A stretch of 45,615 bases of DNA from contig MRSU01011330.1 of assembly GCA_008369845.1 (NCBI GenBank), positions 1 through 45,615 of the forward strand. The letters are read 5' to 3'. The position numbers and the translations under genes are program-made. Positions within the stretch are counted from its first letter, which is position 1; each line of letters starts with the position of its first letter. This DNA comes from Trichomonas gallinae (taxonomy: Eukaryota). Under the pieces are notes generated by a model, which did no database searches, was not told where the DNA came from, and saw only the letters and a program-made list of their open reading frames with translations. Below are positions 20,092 to 31,500 of the stretch, piece after piece.

Positions 20092-20850
20092 CTACAAAAA
20101 AAATATTTTTTTTTTTCAATGATGTTTGTGACAATACTATTCAAAAGCGCTTAATGCATGCATTACAGCACTGCTGATAGAAAATTTTTAAGTAAGAATT
20201 TTTATGTGTGCATATTCAATTTTGATATGATGTTGGACATGCTTTGTAGACACTAGATATCACATAAATCGGCTTAGATTTTTATTGGGAATTGAGATGG
20301 TTATCAAAAGCAAATCGTGTCATAATATAGATAATTAGTAAATAATAATCAAGTACAACAACAGATTAGAAAAGTGACAATTAATTGGCGCGAATTTCGT
20401 GATCATTATGTATTCAATGCAAAACAGTCTGGCATCAGCTTCCCTGAGCCTGCTACTGGAATATTTTTAAAACTTTCGATTCAATTTCGTTACATTTGAT
20501 TTTTTATTACAGATTGCGATATAAAACATTAAAACTCACATGTATGCAGGCCATCTTTTAGGAAGAAAACGTCTGAAATCACCATTTCGTAACTCTCAAA
20601 ATCGTACTGTATATGTGGACCTCAGTAGATATTTAATATCTACATACAATCAAGTACTACAGAATATGTACGTCTCAAAATTCCTTATTATCGATAAGTT
20701 AAATAAAATGAATTTAATTTCAAAAAAACATTACAATATAAAGTGATTTCAGATTCATCCAAATTATCAGTGCACAAATACACGCTACTTGATAAACTCC
20801 CAAAGTCTATAAAAGCTTAATATCTAACTTCGTTCAACTCGAATCATAAA

Positions 20851-21107
20851 GGGTTCTCTCCGGCCAAATAGCGGTCTATCGTCTATTTTTGGATGACCTC
20901 TCTAAAAGTGGGTATTAGGGCCGATTAATTAAAAAAAATTAAACGAGATAATTATTTTTTAGATGATACTAGCACCACCTACAAAGTGGTGCATATTGTT
21001 AGCGCATTAGATCTCTTCAAAAAGTGAATTTATTTTTCTGGGCAAAACGATCATTTTCAATACCGCATTGAAAAATTGAGACTGCTATTTGGTCGCGTAG
21101 CGGACCC
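20851..21107. mobile_element. Putative non-autonomous MITE-like element (Kolobok-type ends) or structured RNA, 257 bp
   Basis: Imperfect terminal inverted repeats: GGGTTCTCTCCGGCCAAATAGCGGTCT (20851-20877) versus AGACTGCTATTTGGTCGCGTAGCGGACCC (21079-21107); flanks TAAA and TTAA; no ORF inside; internal hairpins. Confidence 0.55.
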
Positions 21108-21466
21108 TTAAATAATGAATATAATGCGTGTCAAATGCTCATATTGAACTATAAAGATGATATATGCATGTTGTAAGATTTGATGCTATGTAATATTGCA
21201 TTAATTGATATTTCAAATATTCGTTATCATAGGAAATAATAATAGTGTGATTAAAATTCATATCACTATATTAAAATACATCAAATTATATGCATGAATA
21301 GCCTGGATGTTTAATATCAAAATGGTTGAATTAATATTTCTAAAATTATAACTGCGCACGCTTAGATACGTGGTCTAATGCAAGAAAAAGCCATACTTTT
21401 CTGCTTATAATTGATTATGAGCAAAACTGAAGGGAAAATTTTTAAACGTCTATTTAAAAGATAAAC

Positions 21467-24400
21467 ATGGCTTCCTTGGAGGAGGAAACCATTGCGCAGT
21501 TCCAGAAGCTGAGGAAGACGTTGGAGAAAATGGCAAACTTGGAAGACCAAATAGACAAAATATATCCAAATCCAAAAATAAAAAGTAAATCGAGTGATAT
21601 TAAAGAATTTTCTCCGTTTGATTTAAATATTACAAAAAGTAATACACCATTCAATATTAGAACTCCAAATAAAGAAAAGAAATCAACAAATAGATCGAAA
21701 TCTCACGTTTCTATCTTGAAAACATCTTTAACAGCATCAAACATGAAATCTTCAAACGCAACACATTTGTCACAAAGCCCATACTTAAGACCAAGAAGAA
21801 TTGCTAAAACTCCGCAGCCAAGAGCAAAATATTTGAAAAACGTTATTTCACCTAAGCGCAAAACTCCAAAGAAGACTTACAAAAATGCTACACCAAGGAA
21901 TTCAGAAATGAATGACCTAAATAGGACAGAAGCATCGCTTCCTACACAATTCTCATTTGATAATCGACCGAATTTATATGATCATGTTACGAACTTCTCA
22001 TCATCAGGAGATACAGATGATTTACTTAATATAAATTTCCCAACAATTGATCATTTATATGATTCACCCAAGTATCTAACAAAATCAACTTCTATGCGCT
22101 CGAACAGCGTAATGTCACAAACAGAAACGCGTTCTCCAAGACTTGCAACGAAGAATTCAAATAGTTTTGAAAAATATGCTGATCCAGAAGATAAGCCTAA
22201 GCCAAAACCATCACCTCCAATTCACATAAGCTTTGATGGAGATGATGACGAAAACTCAGACATTGCAAATAGTGTTCCAAGGAAATCGTATCTTTCCACA
22301 TCAATTGGAAGCATTAGTTCATCAAAAGACCATTCATTCAATAAGAGTAAAGGATATTCATCCGATGACAGCTCAGAAGCTGAACTTTCAAACACATACA
22401 ATTCTCTGATGAATTTGAATGTTCCCGAGCGCCAATATAATTCAGGATCTAAAGGAAAGATTGGCAAGGACTCAGGATTATCATCCGGACTTGATTATGT
22501 CCCCAAGTACTTCTCATCATCCGGAAAACCGCTGAAAAAGAAGAAATCATCCACAAAAAGAAGGAAAACTTCGGCCTCACTTTCACCAAAGAGGGAGTCA
22601 ACGAAAAGGCCAAAATCTTCCATCTCACAGCTCTCAAGCAAGAGCAGAGGCTCATCTCTCGGCTCACCAAAGAGAACATCATCTCCATTCGGCTCGAACA
22701 AGAAAGCTTCATCAAGCCTTTCATCACCAAAGAGAAAATCTTCTTCAAGAAAGTCTTCTGCAGTGTCATCGCCTTATTCATCAAGAAGAGCATCAGGCCG
22801 ATCATCACCTTATTCATCGAGGAATCTATCTGCTTCACCATCTCCATACTCTTCAAGAAATTCTTCTGCATTATCTTCTCCGTATTCATCACAAAAAAGG
22901 ATGTCATCACACTCATCACCTTATTCTGCATCAAGAAGACCTTCATCGTTATCAGCCTCGGAAAATGGATCTCCTTATTCATCATTGAAAAGATTGTCAT
23001 CAGCTCCATCTTCTCCTTATAGTTCATTCAAGAGACTTTCATCCGCTACTTCACCTTATTCATCATCCAAGAAACTATATTCTGGTCTAAACTCTCCATA
23101 TTCATCATCCAAAGAAGTCCTATCTTGCCCTGGCTCGCCATACAGAACATACAAGGTATTTTCATCTCCTCCTAATATTTCTTCGAATTTTATATCAACA
23201 GAAAAGAAGCAAACATCAGTCGAAGTCTCACCGACGAATACATCAGAAGAAGAAATAATGAAAGAAGATTCATTGGGTTCATCGAAGAAACTATCATCAT
23301 CTGACAAGTATTCTCCATGTTCTTCATCGAAGAAACTTTCGCCAGCATCGAAATCATCAGCATCTTCAAGATCATCAGCAGGCTCTATGCCGGTTTCAAG
23401 AAAGTTACTCAAAGATATCAAGCCTGCTTTCTATTCTGAACCATTCATTAAGCATGCCAAGAGTGTCGATTTCAAGCGAGGTTTATCATTGAGCGGGAGC
23501 CGCTCTTCGTTGTCGAACGAAATCGTTGAACAAGCATCTTCGATTTTGGACATTTTATCAGAAGGAGGAGCTATTCAACCAGCACCAGAGAATGCTAGCC
23601 TTGCTCTTTCTGCAGTCATCAGCCAGGATTTGTTTGCTGTGGTTGAGGATCATCCAAACAATGTACTTGCATCGCAAGATATCTTCACAGTCTCCAAAGA
23701 AGTTCCAGAGATTGCGCTGCAAAAAGATGTTGAGATGTTTACAATTGGAAACAACAACACATCTGGAATCAAAACAAGCAAATCTGCGCAGATAATTAAA
23801 TCCAGATTTTCTCTTGAGGATTTAGATAAGCAAGATGAAGAGAACACAGAAGTCGAAGAAATTGACGATCAGATAAACATTTATAAGAATAATAACGAAG
23901 AGGAGGAGGGAATTCAACAAGAAAATAATATACAAGTGGAAGAAGAAGAAAATAGCGAGCAAAAGGAAGAAGAAATACAAGCAAATAATGAACAAGTGGA
24001 TGAAGAAGAGGCAATCAACGAAAAAGTTGACGAAGAGAAAGAACTTCAGCTAGAAGCAAACAATGACGATGATAATTATCCAAGAAAATCCACAGAAAGG
24101 AAACATCGTCATAGTAAAAAGAACAATGTTGAAGAAGGCGCAGAAGAGCGCAGAAAATCGCCTCACAAGCATTCGAAGCGTAAATCTCATCACAATCAAA
24201 AAGATAGTGATGATGAAAATAATCATCATCACAGAGATAATAAACACAAGCATCGCCATGGCGACGCAAAAGCAGATGAAGATGCACATAAACTTCATCA
24301 TAAGGAAGAAAATGGTGTGGGACACAATGATGACAGAGATAAAACAAATAAGTACAATGAAAATGATGGACACAGACATCATCATCGATCAAGCCCAGAA

Positions 24401-27133
24401 AGAGCTCATAAAGATAGTCATGATAAGCAGAGAAATAATGATTACAATCACAAACATATGAACTATGACGATGAAGTTCATTTAAACAAACATAGAAATT
24501 CCAGGAATCCAGAAAGAAGAAGGAGCAGTGACAGAAAAAACCATGACGAGAAACTTCATGATGTTGCTGTAGGAGATTCATATGGCGGAATAAATAATGA
24601 ACAGAACGGAAAATATGACAGAGACAATAAATATCGCAAATATGATCCATACTTTGACAATTATAATGATCCACAATATGAAAATGATCGATATGGAGCA
24701 AGAAAACCAACATCAGATAGAAGAAATGATAATTACATTAGTCCTCATTATGATCAGAAATCTAAAGATGCAAACAGAAGCCCAGCGAGATCGAAGAATA
24801 ATAAAAATGACAAATACGATCCACGCTATGACGAAGACGAAAGACACAGTCCAAGAAGAGGCAACTCAAATCAATATGATCCACGTGCATCCAATCAAAG
24901 TCCTCGAAGCAAAAATGACCATCGCAATAAAGATAGATATAATTATTTAGACTTTGATTACAAAAGAAATGATCCATACATTAATCGCAAAGATAAAAAG
25001 CTCACCAAGGATGACCAAAGAGCTAAGGAAAGAAGGAACATGAAGGATTTTCCAGTTGACAACATTAACATGGACAACAAGAACAGAAAACTTAATCATC
25101 TGATAAGACATTACGATTCCGATAGTGAGGTTTATTATCAGAAGCCGTCGAGAGGCTACAAAGACCCAATGACAGGCAAAAACATCTCTTCTATTTATCC
25201 AAGATTCTCAAAACATCACATATCTTACTCAGACGATGACATTTCAGACCAAGACTTCCTGCCAAGGATCAGGAAATACAGATATCCAGTTAAATACCAG
25301 AAACCAAAGCAGATTGATAACAATGATGCAAAGAGGAAAGAGAAGAAACCAGCAAAGAAGAAGAATACCGACGAGAAGCCAATGACAAAGAGAGAACTTG
25401 CGCACAACCTCAGGATCTGCACAAACCCAGTCAGGTCCAAGCTGCTCGACAGACTCCTCACAGAAAAGATTCTCGAAGAAAATGATGCCGAAATTGAAAG
25501 GAAAGAACCGGTTTCAGAAACGCAGTCATATAACTACACACAAGAGTCATATACAAAAGATACAATGTACAGCGAATACAACACAGTGAGCACATACTAC
25601 GAAGACAGCAAATTTGCCGCTAATCAACAAACTAGAAGCGAAAAACAAAAATCAAATATGAAAACTCAGGAGGATGCAGACATTTATGACACACAAAGCT
25701 CAACATTCGTTAGCAATGCAGATGAGAGGAAGAGCAAGCATTCGAAAGACAATGCAGATGACGAGAAATTGGAAGATGATACACCAGATAAATACTTTGG
25801 AGTGGACTCAATTCCTGATGACAAAACTGACAACAAACCTACGTCATCAAAGGTTAAAGATCAGGAGAAATCTGATAAGATCAAACAGCAAAACAAATTA
25901 AAATCTAAACCAATAGATAATGCTGATCAAGTGGAATCAGGAAAATCGTCAAAGCAAAGCAGAGGAAAATCATCAGGAAAAGGTGATAAACAGACAAATA
26001 TAGATGACAACCAGAAGCCAGATGGAGCTCAGACTAAATCAACAAACAAGTCAGACAATGCTCAATCAATGAAAGATCAACAAGATTCCATCCAAACAAA
26101 GCAAGAAAAGCCATTATCAGGAAAGTCTATTGGCAATCAAAATGACAAGAGTGTCAAGAAAGTCGCAACTAAGAAAAATAAATCAGAGAGAACTTCTACT
26201 GAAAAGTCAAAAGAAGGAAAATCTAAATTATCAGACAAGGATAATTCAGATAATAAGCGTAACAATTTAGTTGCAGATTCTAGAGAAGAAAATAAAGTCA
26301 AATTAGATGATGGCAGAAAGTCAAAGAGACATAAGAAAGAGTTTGTAAATGAAGATCAAGTTCCAAAGAAATCAAATAGAAATCAGAAAGAAATGATGAT
26401 TTCAAGCGATTATTCTTATTCTTCAGATGAAGATCAAGTTCCAGAGAGAGCAAAAAGAAATCAAAAGAAAGCAAAGTTCTCTAAAAGCGTCAAAGCTTGT
26501 GACGATATTGAATATTCTGAGGTTTCAGATAATAATCAAAAACCAAAGAAGAATTCAAATCATAAATACAAAGAAGAAAAAACAAAGAGGAAATCAACTG
26601 TATCTAAAGAATTTGCCAATGAATACATAAACAAAAACTCACAATATTACTCCGATTCGTATTATTCTGCTGATTCCCAAGAAGAGAAACCTGACAGAGA
26701 TTCTTACTATTACGATGAAAGCTACTACAACTCCAAGAATTACAGCAGGACGACTACATATTCACAGTATACGACAGACAAACTTAACGAAGGTACAACA
26801 ACGTTCCTCGAACATTTCGAGAGGAAACTTCTCAAAGGAATTCGTGGCGGAAAATACACAATTCCATATAATGCAGATATCTTAGACAAAGCCACCCAAA
26901 CAGATAAAAAGAAGAAGAATAAGCAACAAGAGCAGAAGAAAGATCCAAGGATTCAGCTGGAGAAGTTCAAACGTTCGCCGATGATGCTCAGTGAGAATTT
27001 GTTGCTCAAAAGACAGGTCAATGCGAAGATGGATGCAGAACTGATATCAAGAGAACAGGAGGACAGGTTCTGGCGCTCAAAAGTTGGAAAGCAGGGCCAG
27101 AATGATTTCCCGAAGAACGAAAGGAAACATTAA
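21467..27133 (+). CDS. Large low-complexity, intrinsically disordered protein (Ser/Pro-rich SPY repeats, then acidic, His-rich and Asn/Asp/Lys-rich blocks), 1888 aa, function unknown
   Basis: Uninterrupted 5.7-kb ORF flanked by AT-rich intergenic DNA; short N-terminal coiled coil; no globular domain recognised. Confidence 0.85.
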   Translation: MASLEEETIAQFQKLRKTLEKMANLEDQIDKIYPNPKIKSKSSDIKEFSPFDLNITKSNTPFNIRTPNKEKKSTNRSKSHVSILKTSLTASNMKSSNATHLSQSPYLRPRRIAKTPQPRAKYLKNVISPKRKTPKKTYKNATPRNSEMNDLNRTEASLPTQFSFDNRPNLYDHVTNFSSSGDTDDLLNINFPTIDHLYDSPKYLTKSTSMRSNSVMSQTETRSPRLATKNSNSFEKYADPEDKPKPKPSPPIHISFDGDDDENSDIANSVPRKSYLSTSIGSISSSKDHSFNKSKGYSSDDSSEAELSNTYNSLMNLNVPERQYNSGSKGKIGKDSGLSSGLDYVPKYFSSSGKPLKKKKSSTKRRKTSASLSPKRESTKRPKSSISQLSSKSRGSSLGSPKRTSSPFGSNKKASSSLSSPKRKSSSRKSSAVSSPYSSRRASGRSSPYSSRNLSASPSPYSSRNSSALSSPYSSQKRMSSHSSPYSASRRPSSLSASENGSPYSSLKRLSSAPSSPYSSFKRLSSATSPYSSSKKLYSGLNSPYSSSKEVLSCPGSPYRTYKVFSSPPNISSNFISTEKKQTSVEVSPTNTSEEEIMKEDSLGSSKKLSSSDKYSPCSSSKKLSPASKSSASSRSSAGSMPVSRKLLKDIKPAFYSEPFIKHAKSVDFKRGLSLSGSRSSLSNEIVEQASSILDILSEGGAIQPAPENASLALSAVISQDLFAVVEDHPNNVLASQDIFTVSKEVPEIALQKDVEMFTIGNNNTSGIKTSKSAQIIKSRFSLEDLDKQDEENTEVEEIDDQINIYKNNNEEEEGIQQENNIQVEEEENSEQKEEEIQANNEQVDEEEAINEKVDEEKELQLEANNDDDNYPRKSTERKHRHSKKNNVEEGAEERRKSPHKHSKRKSHHNQKDSDDENNHHHRDNKHKHRHGDAKADEDAHKLHHKEENGVGHNDDRDKTNKYNENDGHRHHHRSSPERAHKDSHDKQRNNDYNHKHMNYDDEVHLNKHRNSRNPERRRSSDRKNHDEKLHDVAVGDSYGGINNEQNGKYDRDNKYRKYDPYFDNYNDPQYENDRYGARKPTSDRRNDNYISPHYDQKSKDANRSPARSKNNKNDKYDPRYDEDERHSPRRGNSNQYDPRASNQSPRSKNDHRNKDRYNYLDFDYKRNDPYINRKDKKLTKDDQRAKERRNMKDFPVDNINMDNKNRKLNHLIRHYDSDSEVYYQKPSRGYKDPMTGKNISSIYPRFSKHHISYSDDDISDQDFLPRIRKYRYPVKYQKPKQIDNNDAKRKEKKPAKKKNTDEKPMTKRELAHNLRICTNPVRSKLLDRLLTEKILEENDAEIERKEPVSETQSYNYTQESYTKDTMYSEYNTVSTYYEDSKFAANQQTRSEKQKSNMKTQEDADIYDTQSSTFVSNADERKSKHSKDNADDEKLEDDTPDKYFGVDSIPDDKTDNKPTSSKVKDQEKSDKIKQQNKLKSKPIDNADQVESGKSSKQSRGKSSGKGDKQTNIDDNQKPDGAQTKSTNKSDNAQSMKDQQDSIQTKQEKPLSGKSIGNQNDKSVKKVATKKNKSERTSTEKSKEGKSKLSDKDNSDNKRNNLVADSREENKVKLDDGRKSKRHKKEFVNEDQVPKKSNRNQKEMMISSDYSYSSDEDQVPERAKRNQKKAKFSKSVKACDDIEYSEVSDNNQKPKKNSNHKYKEEKTKRKSTVSKEFANEYINKNSQYYSDSYYSADSQEEKPDRDSYYYDESYYNSKNYSRTTTYSQYTTDKLNEGTTTFLEHFERKLLKGIRGGKYTIPYNADILDKATQTDKKKKNKQQEQKKDPRIQLEKFKRSPMMLSENLLLKRQVNAKMDAELISREQEDRFWRSKVGKQGQNDFPKNERKH
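22769..23143 (+). repeat. Coding repeat: 10 copies of S-P-Y (mostly SPYSSx[RK]) at about 12-14 aa spacing
   Basis: SSPYSSRR, SSPYSSRN, PSPYSSRN, SSPYSSQK, SSPYSASR, GSPYSSLK, SSPYSSFK, TSPYSSSK, NSPYSSSK, GSPYRTYK; synonymous codons differ between copies. Confidence 0.9.
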
Positions 27134-27223
27134 CTTAATTTTTTATATATTTTTTGTTTGTAAATTATTATTATTAACATTTTTTTTTAAACATATGTAT
27201 TATATAAAACAAATGGATTAAAA

Positions 27224-28243
27224 TCAAAATGGGGTTTCTTCCTCTTCTTCGATTGGATCAATCTCCAGCATTGCAAGAGATTCCTTCAATTCTTCGATAG
27301 CTATCTTGTCTTCATCAACTAGCATTACAGGTGGAACAGACCTTAGATTCATGGAAAACTGCTCTTCAAGACTCAAAACTGGTGCAGGTCTGAGATTTTT
27401 ATTCTGGCTAGCAATAGACATCGCCAAAAATGTCTGGAGATTCTTTTCTTCGGATAGATAAATGTCACAAGATGAGAAGCATTCAAAACTATTAATCAAT
27501 CCATCAAAATCTTCATTCGTTGTAGTGAGAATGCCGTGAACGTATTCAAGGGCCTCAAAGCTTACATCACGTGCATCTCCTCTTATGATCCTTGATGCCA
27601 TTTCTCTTGCATTTTGCGGAAAATCTGAGTAAAGAAATTGACCGAATTGGAACGTGTTAATTGCTGACCGTATATCTCCTTTAGAATTGCGAACTAAGGA
27701 TATTAAATCTTTCTGTTCAATCGATATATTGACTTTCTTTGATATATACTTAATAATTTTTTGAATTCCAGTAAATTGAGGTTGATTCATGTATTGAATC
27801 GGAAATGGTATATAGGGATTGTTAATTAGCGATACCGGTATTATCCAGGCAACTAAAACAGGAGAGAACCGTAGAACTCTAAGGAAGTTATAAAATTCAC
27901 CTTCGGGTATCTCTATGCCGTCAATAACTATTAATCGTGAATTAACTCTCGATAATGATGCAACTTGTAGAAAATTCTTCAAATTTACTGAAATTGATTC
28001 GTTATCTGAATTATTTTGATCATCTGGTGCGAAATTAATCACTTCAATCGATTGTTGTCTGCATAATCTTGTCAATATCGTTGTTTTTCCGACTCCAGAA
28101 TGTCCAGAGATACAAAATACTTTTCCAAAAGGACTTTTGTTTGACTTTGCATTATCGAGGAGGTATGATATCTGAAACTCATAGTTTTGGTTGATGATTG
28201 GCGAGTCTTTGTCGTTCTCAGGCGAAAAAATCTCGCACCACAT
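27224..28243 (-). CDS. Rad17/RFC-like clamp-loader AAA+ ATPase, 339 aa
   Basis: N-terminal WCEIFSP (RFC box II-like), Walker A ISGHSGVGKTT, Walker B-like LIVIDG, GDIRSAINTFQF sensor-2 region, acidic C-terminal tail. Confidence 0.75.
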   Translation of the reverse strand: MWCEIFSPENDKDSPIINQNYEFQISYLLDNAKSNKSPFGKVFCISGHSGVGKTTILTRLCRQQSIEVINFAPDDQNNSDNESISVNLKNFLQVASLSRVNSRLIVIDGIEIPEGEFYNFLRVLRFSPVLVAWIIPVSLINNPYIPFPIQYMNQPQFTGIQKIIKYISKKVNISIEQKDLISLVRNSKGDIRSAINTFQFGQFLYSDFPQNAREMASRIIRGDARDVSFEALEYVHGILTTTNEDFDGLINSFECFSSCDIYLSEEKNLQTFLAMSIASQNKNLRPAPVLSLEEQFSMNLRSVPPVMLVDEDKIAIEELKESLAMLEIDPIEEEEETPF

Positions 28244-28525
28244 TTTTATAAAAAATGAAGGAAGTTCCTCGTGTCACTTTTTATAATTTTAAAAAAGTCA
28301 CCAAAAAGATTCATTCGAGAAAATCAGTAAATAATAAATAATAGTTCACCAAATTAAGTCAATAGCATCTACACATGATACAGAGTTAATTCACCTGTTT
28401 TAAAATCGCTAATATTAAATGATTATTTGTGCTGATGAAAGACAAAAAAATCATCAAATTTAGATAAGACATGTAAACAATAATTTGACAAATAAAATCA
28501 ATTACATTTCATAAATTTTCTACTA
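28244..28525. promoter_or_regulatory. Divergent promoter region with initiator-like elements for both flanking genes
   Basis: TCATT on the minus strand at 28254-28258 just upstream of ATG 28243; GTCACTTTT at 28273-28281; TCATA on the plus strand at 28509-28513 just upstream of ATG 28526. Confidence 0.55.
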
Positions 28526-31500
28526 ATGACTTTTGTTGTACAAAACGACCAAATATTTAAAGTTTTGTACGACTTTGATACATCAAAAAGCGGCGACCAG
28601 GTAGAAATAGCGACAGCACTCGGACAATTTCGGAGAAATCTTTGTTATAAGTGGATTCAAAGTATAATCAATCACGATGGCATCGATTCATTATCAACTG
28701 TAATATCGACATTACTCAATTTTACAGAACATGACAACGCAAATGTTAGAGTAACAAGTTATTCCACAATTGGCGCTTTATTAGTTACAACAGTTTTATT
28801 TTACCCTAGAATATTCATTAAAGCATTCGGAAACGCAGTATCAGGCAGAAAAATCATACCGAAATCATCAATTGCTATTATTAATACATTCGTTTTTTTA
28901 TCTAAGTTTGTTTCTCCTGTGCATTTGCAGGAATTCATCACAATTCCTGTCATGGAACACTTTAAATCCGATGTTACAGAGTTTTTACAATATTTACCAA
29001 ATATTATTCCACACATGAAATCTCTACCATTAACTTACCCGCAAAATCTACTCCGATCTATATATTTTGGCCGAAATATTTCATCCGCTTTCTCAACTTC
29101 GGTTTACCAGCTTGTTTGCTTAAACAAAAAGAAAATGGTTCCATATCTCAAAAATCTGTTTTATGAAGAGAAAATTGTTACATGTATAGCCTCACTAGGA
29201 CCAGTTCTTCTCGTTGACAATGAAATTTTCAAACTATTCGGTGAAGATGGACAACAAATATTTGCTGATCAAGCCTTTGCAGATTTTACTAAAGAAAATC
29301 CAAAATTTATCGAATTTGAGTATTCCTGCGCAGTTTACAGCATTCTTCTCAAGAAATACAAGAAAACTCAATATTACGATTTAATTACAAAGCGAATTCA
29401 AGAAGTTAGCCAGAAAAATCGTCCTGTTCACTTTGCAAGGCTTCTATTGCAGCTTTCTCTTTCGCTAGATGACATTTTTAAAGATAAAACAGAAAGCGAT
29501 TCCTTGAAATCAGCCCAACTCCTCGCTTTAGGCAAGCACGTAAGCGCCCACTATGACGAAATAGACTTAAACCATACCGTTGAGCTTTTTGCGCGCTTCG
29601 AGAAAACAGACAATGACGTTTATTGCTCCTTCGTCGAAGGATTTTCTATCTGCGTCAATGTTTTACTGCGAAACTGCAAAGGAACTAAGCACATCAACAT
29701 GCTGATCAAAATACTCAAAAGGACCAACAAAAACTGGGTCCAGGACTTGGAAGTTTCGAATCTAATCTCGAAGATTGACCACTCGATCGCGGAGACAATC
29801 ATTCCTTCGCTCCTTGATCTGGAGGAAGACAGACTGCTAGAATTTTCGCTGTCTCCAAACACGAAGCTTTCAGAGACTGCTATGAAATCTTTGAAGGCAA
29901 TTTCTTCGTACAAAACAATCACAAACCTGCTGAACAAAATCATGAGATCGAACTGGACGGATGACTTCACTGCGGCTAGAAGATTCCATCTCCTGTCAAT
30001 CTTGGCGACAGAATTCGACGTCGACGAGTTCCAGGACTTCATCCCTATTGCTTACGAGTGCATTCAGTTCTGCGAATCTATGGCTGCGATTTCGATGATG
30101 TTCAACTTTCTGAAGCACGTCAAAGTCACCTACATACCTCGCGATGTCAGGGACTACTGCTTCAACTTCGTCATCACTTCGTACGAGATCTTCACACAGA
30201 CGCTGTTCAACCCACCGAACTACCAGGGACACCAAGAGATTCCGCCCCCGTCGTTCTTAGAGTCATACGACACAGACATTGTCTCGCATCCTGAGATTCA
30301 CCACAAGACAATATTAGGACCGACAAAAAGCTGTTTCGAGTTTTTATGCAATATTGCTCCAGAAGTTATCGAAGACACCTACACTTTCTTCTGGATCTGC
30401 ATCTATATGATTCCGATCTTTGATAACGCAGCAATTCAAAAGGCGATTTCCCTCAATGTGACATCAATTATCACAGACACAGGCAACTGGGAATTGATAA
30501 TCAAAACATTTTTGACAACATCTGACAACAAAGTCGCCGCAACATGCTGCAAGCTGTTCGCAGAAACAAAATGCCAGATCTCGGACGAGGTGCAGCTAAT
30601 GATAGAAAAGTATCTGATAGAACAGCGCGGCACAGACCCAGATCTTCTGTTTTACTGCTTCGTTTTGATTGACAGAGTCGACCACGAGAAAGCCCTGTCG
30701 ACATTGCCTACACTTCAGCTTATTATCGATCCACAAATTGGCCCGCCGCTGATGTTCAGGCTCTGCGCTGTGCTGGCAAAGAATGTCATCACGTCGGCCG
30801 TAATAGATGAATTTGCAATGGCTTTGCTCATGATTGCTAACAATGGAGTCGCAGAAGCGAGGAATCGTGTGCAGAAATATCTCGAAAGTAACGATTTTTC
30901 GAAGTGGTGCGTCACAGACAAAGCAATGAACGAAGAACTGATAGTTTTCATCAAATCTCTCCCGCAGCCTTATTTCACAGTAAATAATGTCGAGGGCCTT
31001 GACAGAGACCATTTAGAGTTTGCGATGCTCCACAGAGACATAATCAAATTCGATGGACTTGACGAGCACATTGCGAAGAATCCAATGGCGTTCGCGAAAA
31101 TCAAAAACGTGCCATATCTGATAGAGCAAAAAGAGAAATTTGCTCTTAAGCCAATCGAAAAGCAGCAAAATATCTCAGTATGTAACAGATTTGTGAAAGG
31201 AGAATTCGTCAAATCCGTTCCTTTAATCATTTCTTATTTGCAGAACGCGAAAAGTCCTTTAAACGAAGACATCTGTGTTCAAATCATCCATTTCGCTGTT
31301 GAAGAACACTCTAAGAGATTAGTCAAAGCTATATTAAAGCATTGCTTGGACTTTTCCGTCATTATCGATTATCATTCTATTCTTATTTCTGATGACATTT
31401 TCCTCACGAAAGAAGTCTTACCATTGACCGTCAAACTTCTAAAACTGAAAATAAACGAATTCCCAGAAAAAGTAATGAAAGCAGTCCATGACATCACTCA

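Noticed and set aside
20152..20165. 14-bp perfect palindrome TAATGCATGCATTA upstream of the kinase
   Set aside because: One such palindrome in 45 kb of AT-rich DNA is unremarkable and there is no second copy.
20119..20448. Possible C/D snoRNA boxes (ATGATGT or GTGATCA with downstream CTGA)
   Set aside because: Box C matches are imperfect, with no terminal stem or recognisable rRNA guide.
20910..20920. GGGTATTAGGG inside the inverted-repeat element, whose complement looks like a telomerase RNA template
   Set aside because: Single short match; the telomere repeat of this organism cannot be seen here, and the G-U pairing pattern favours the opposite strand.
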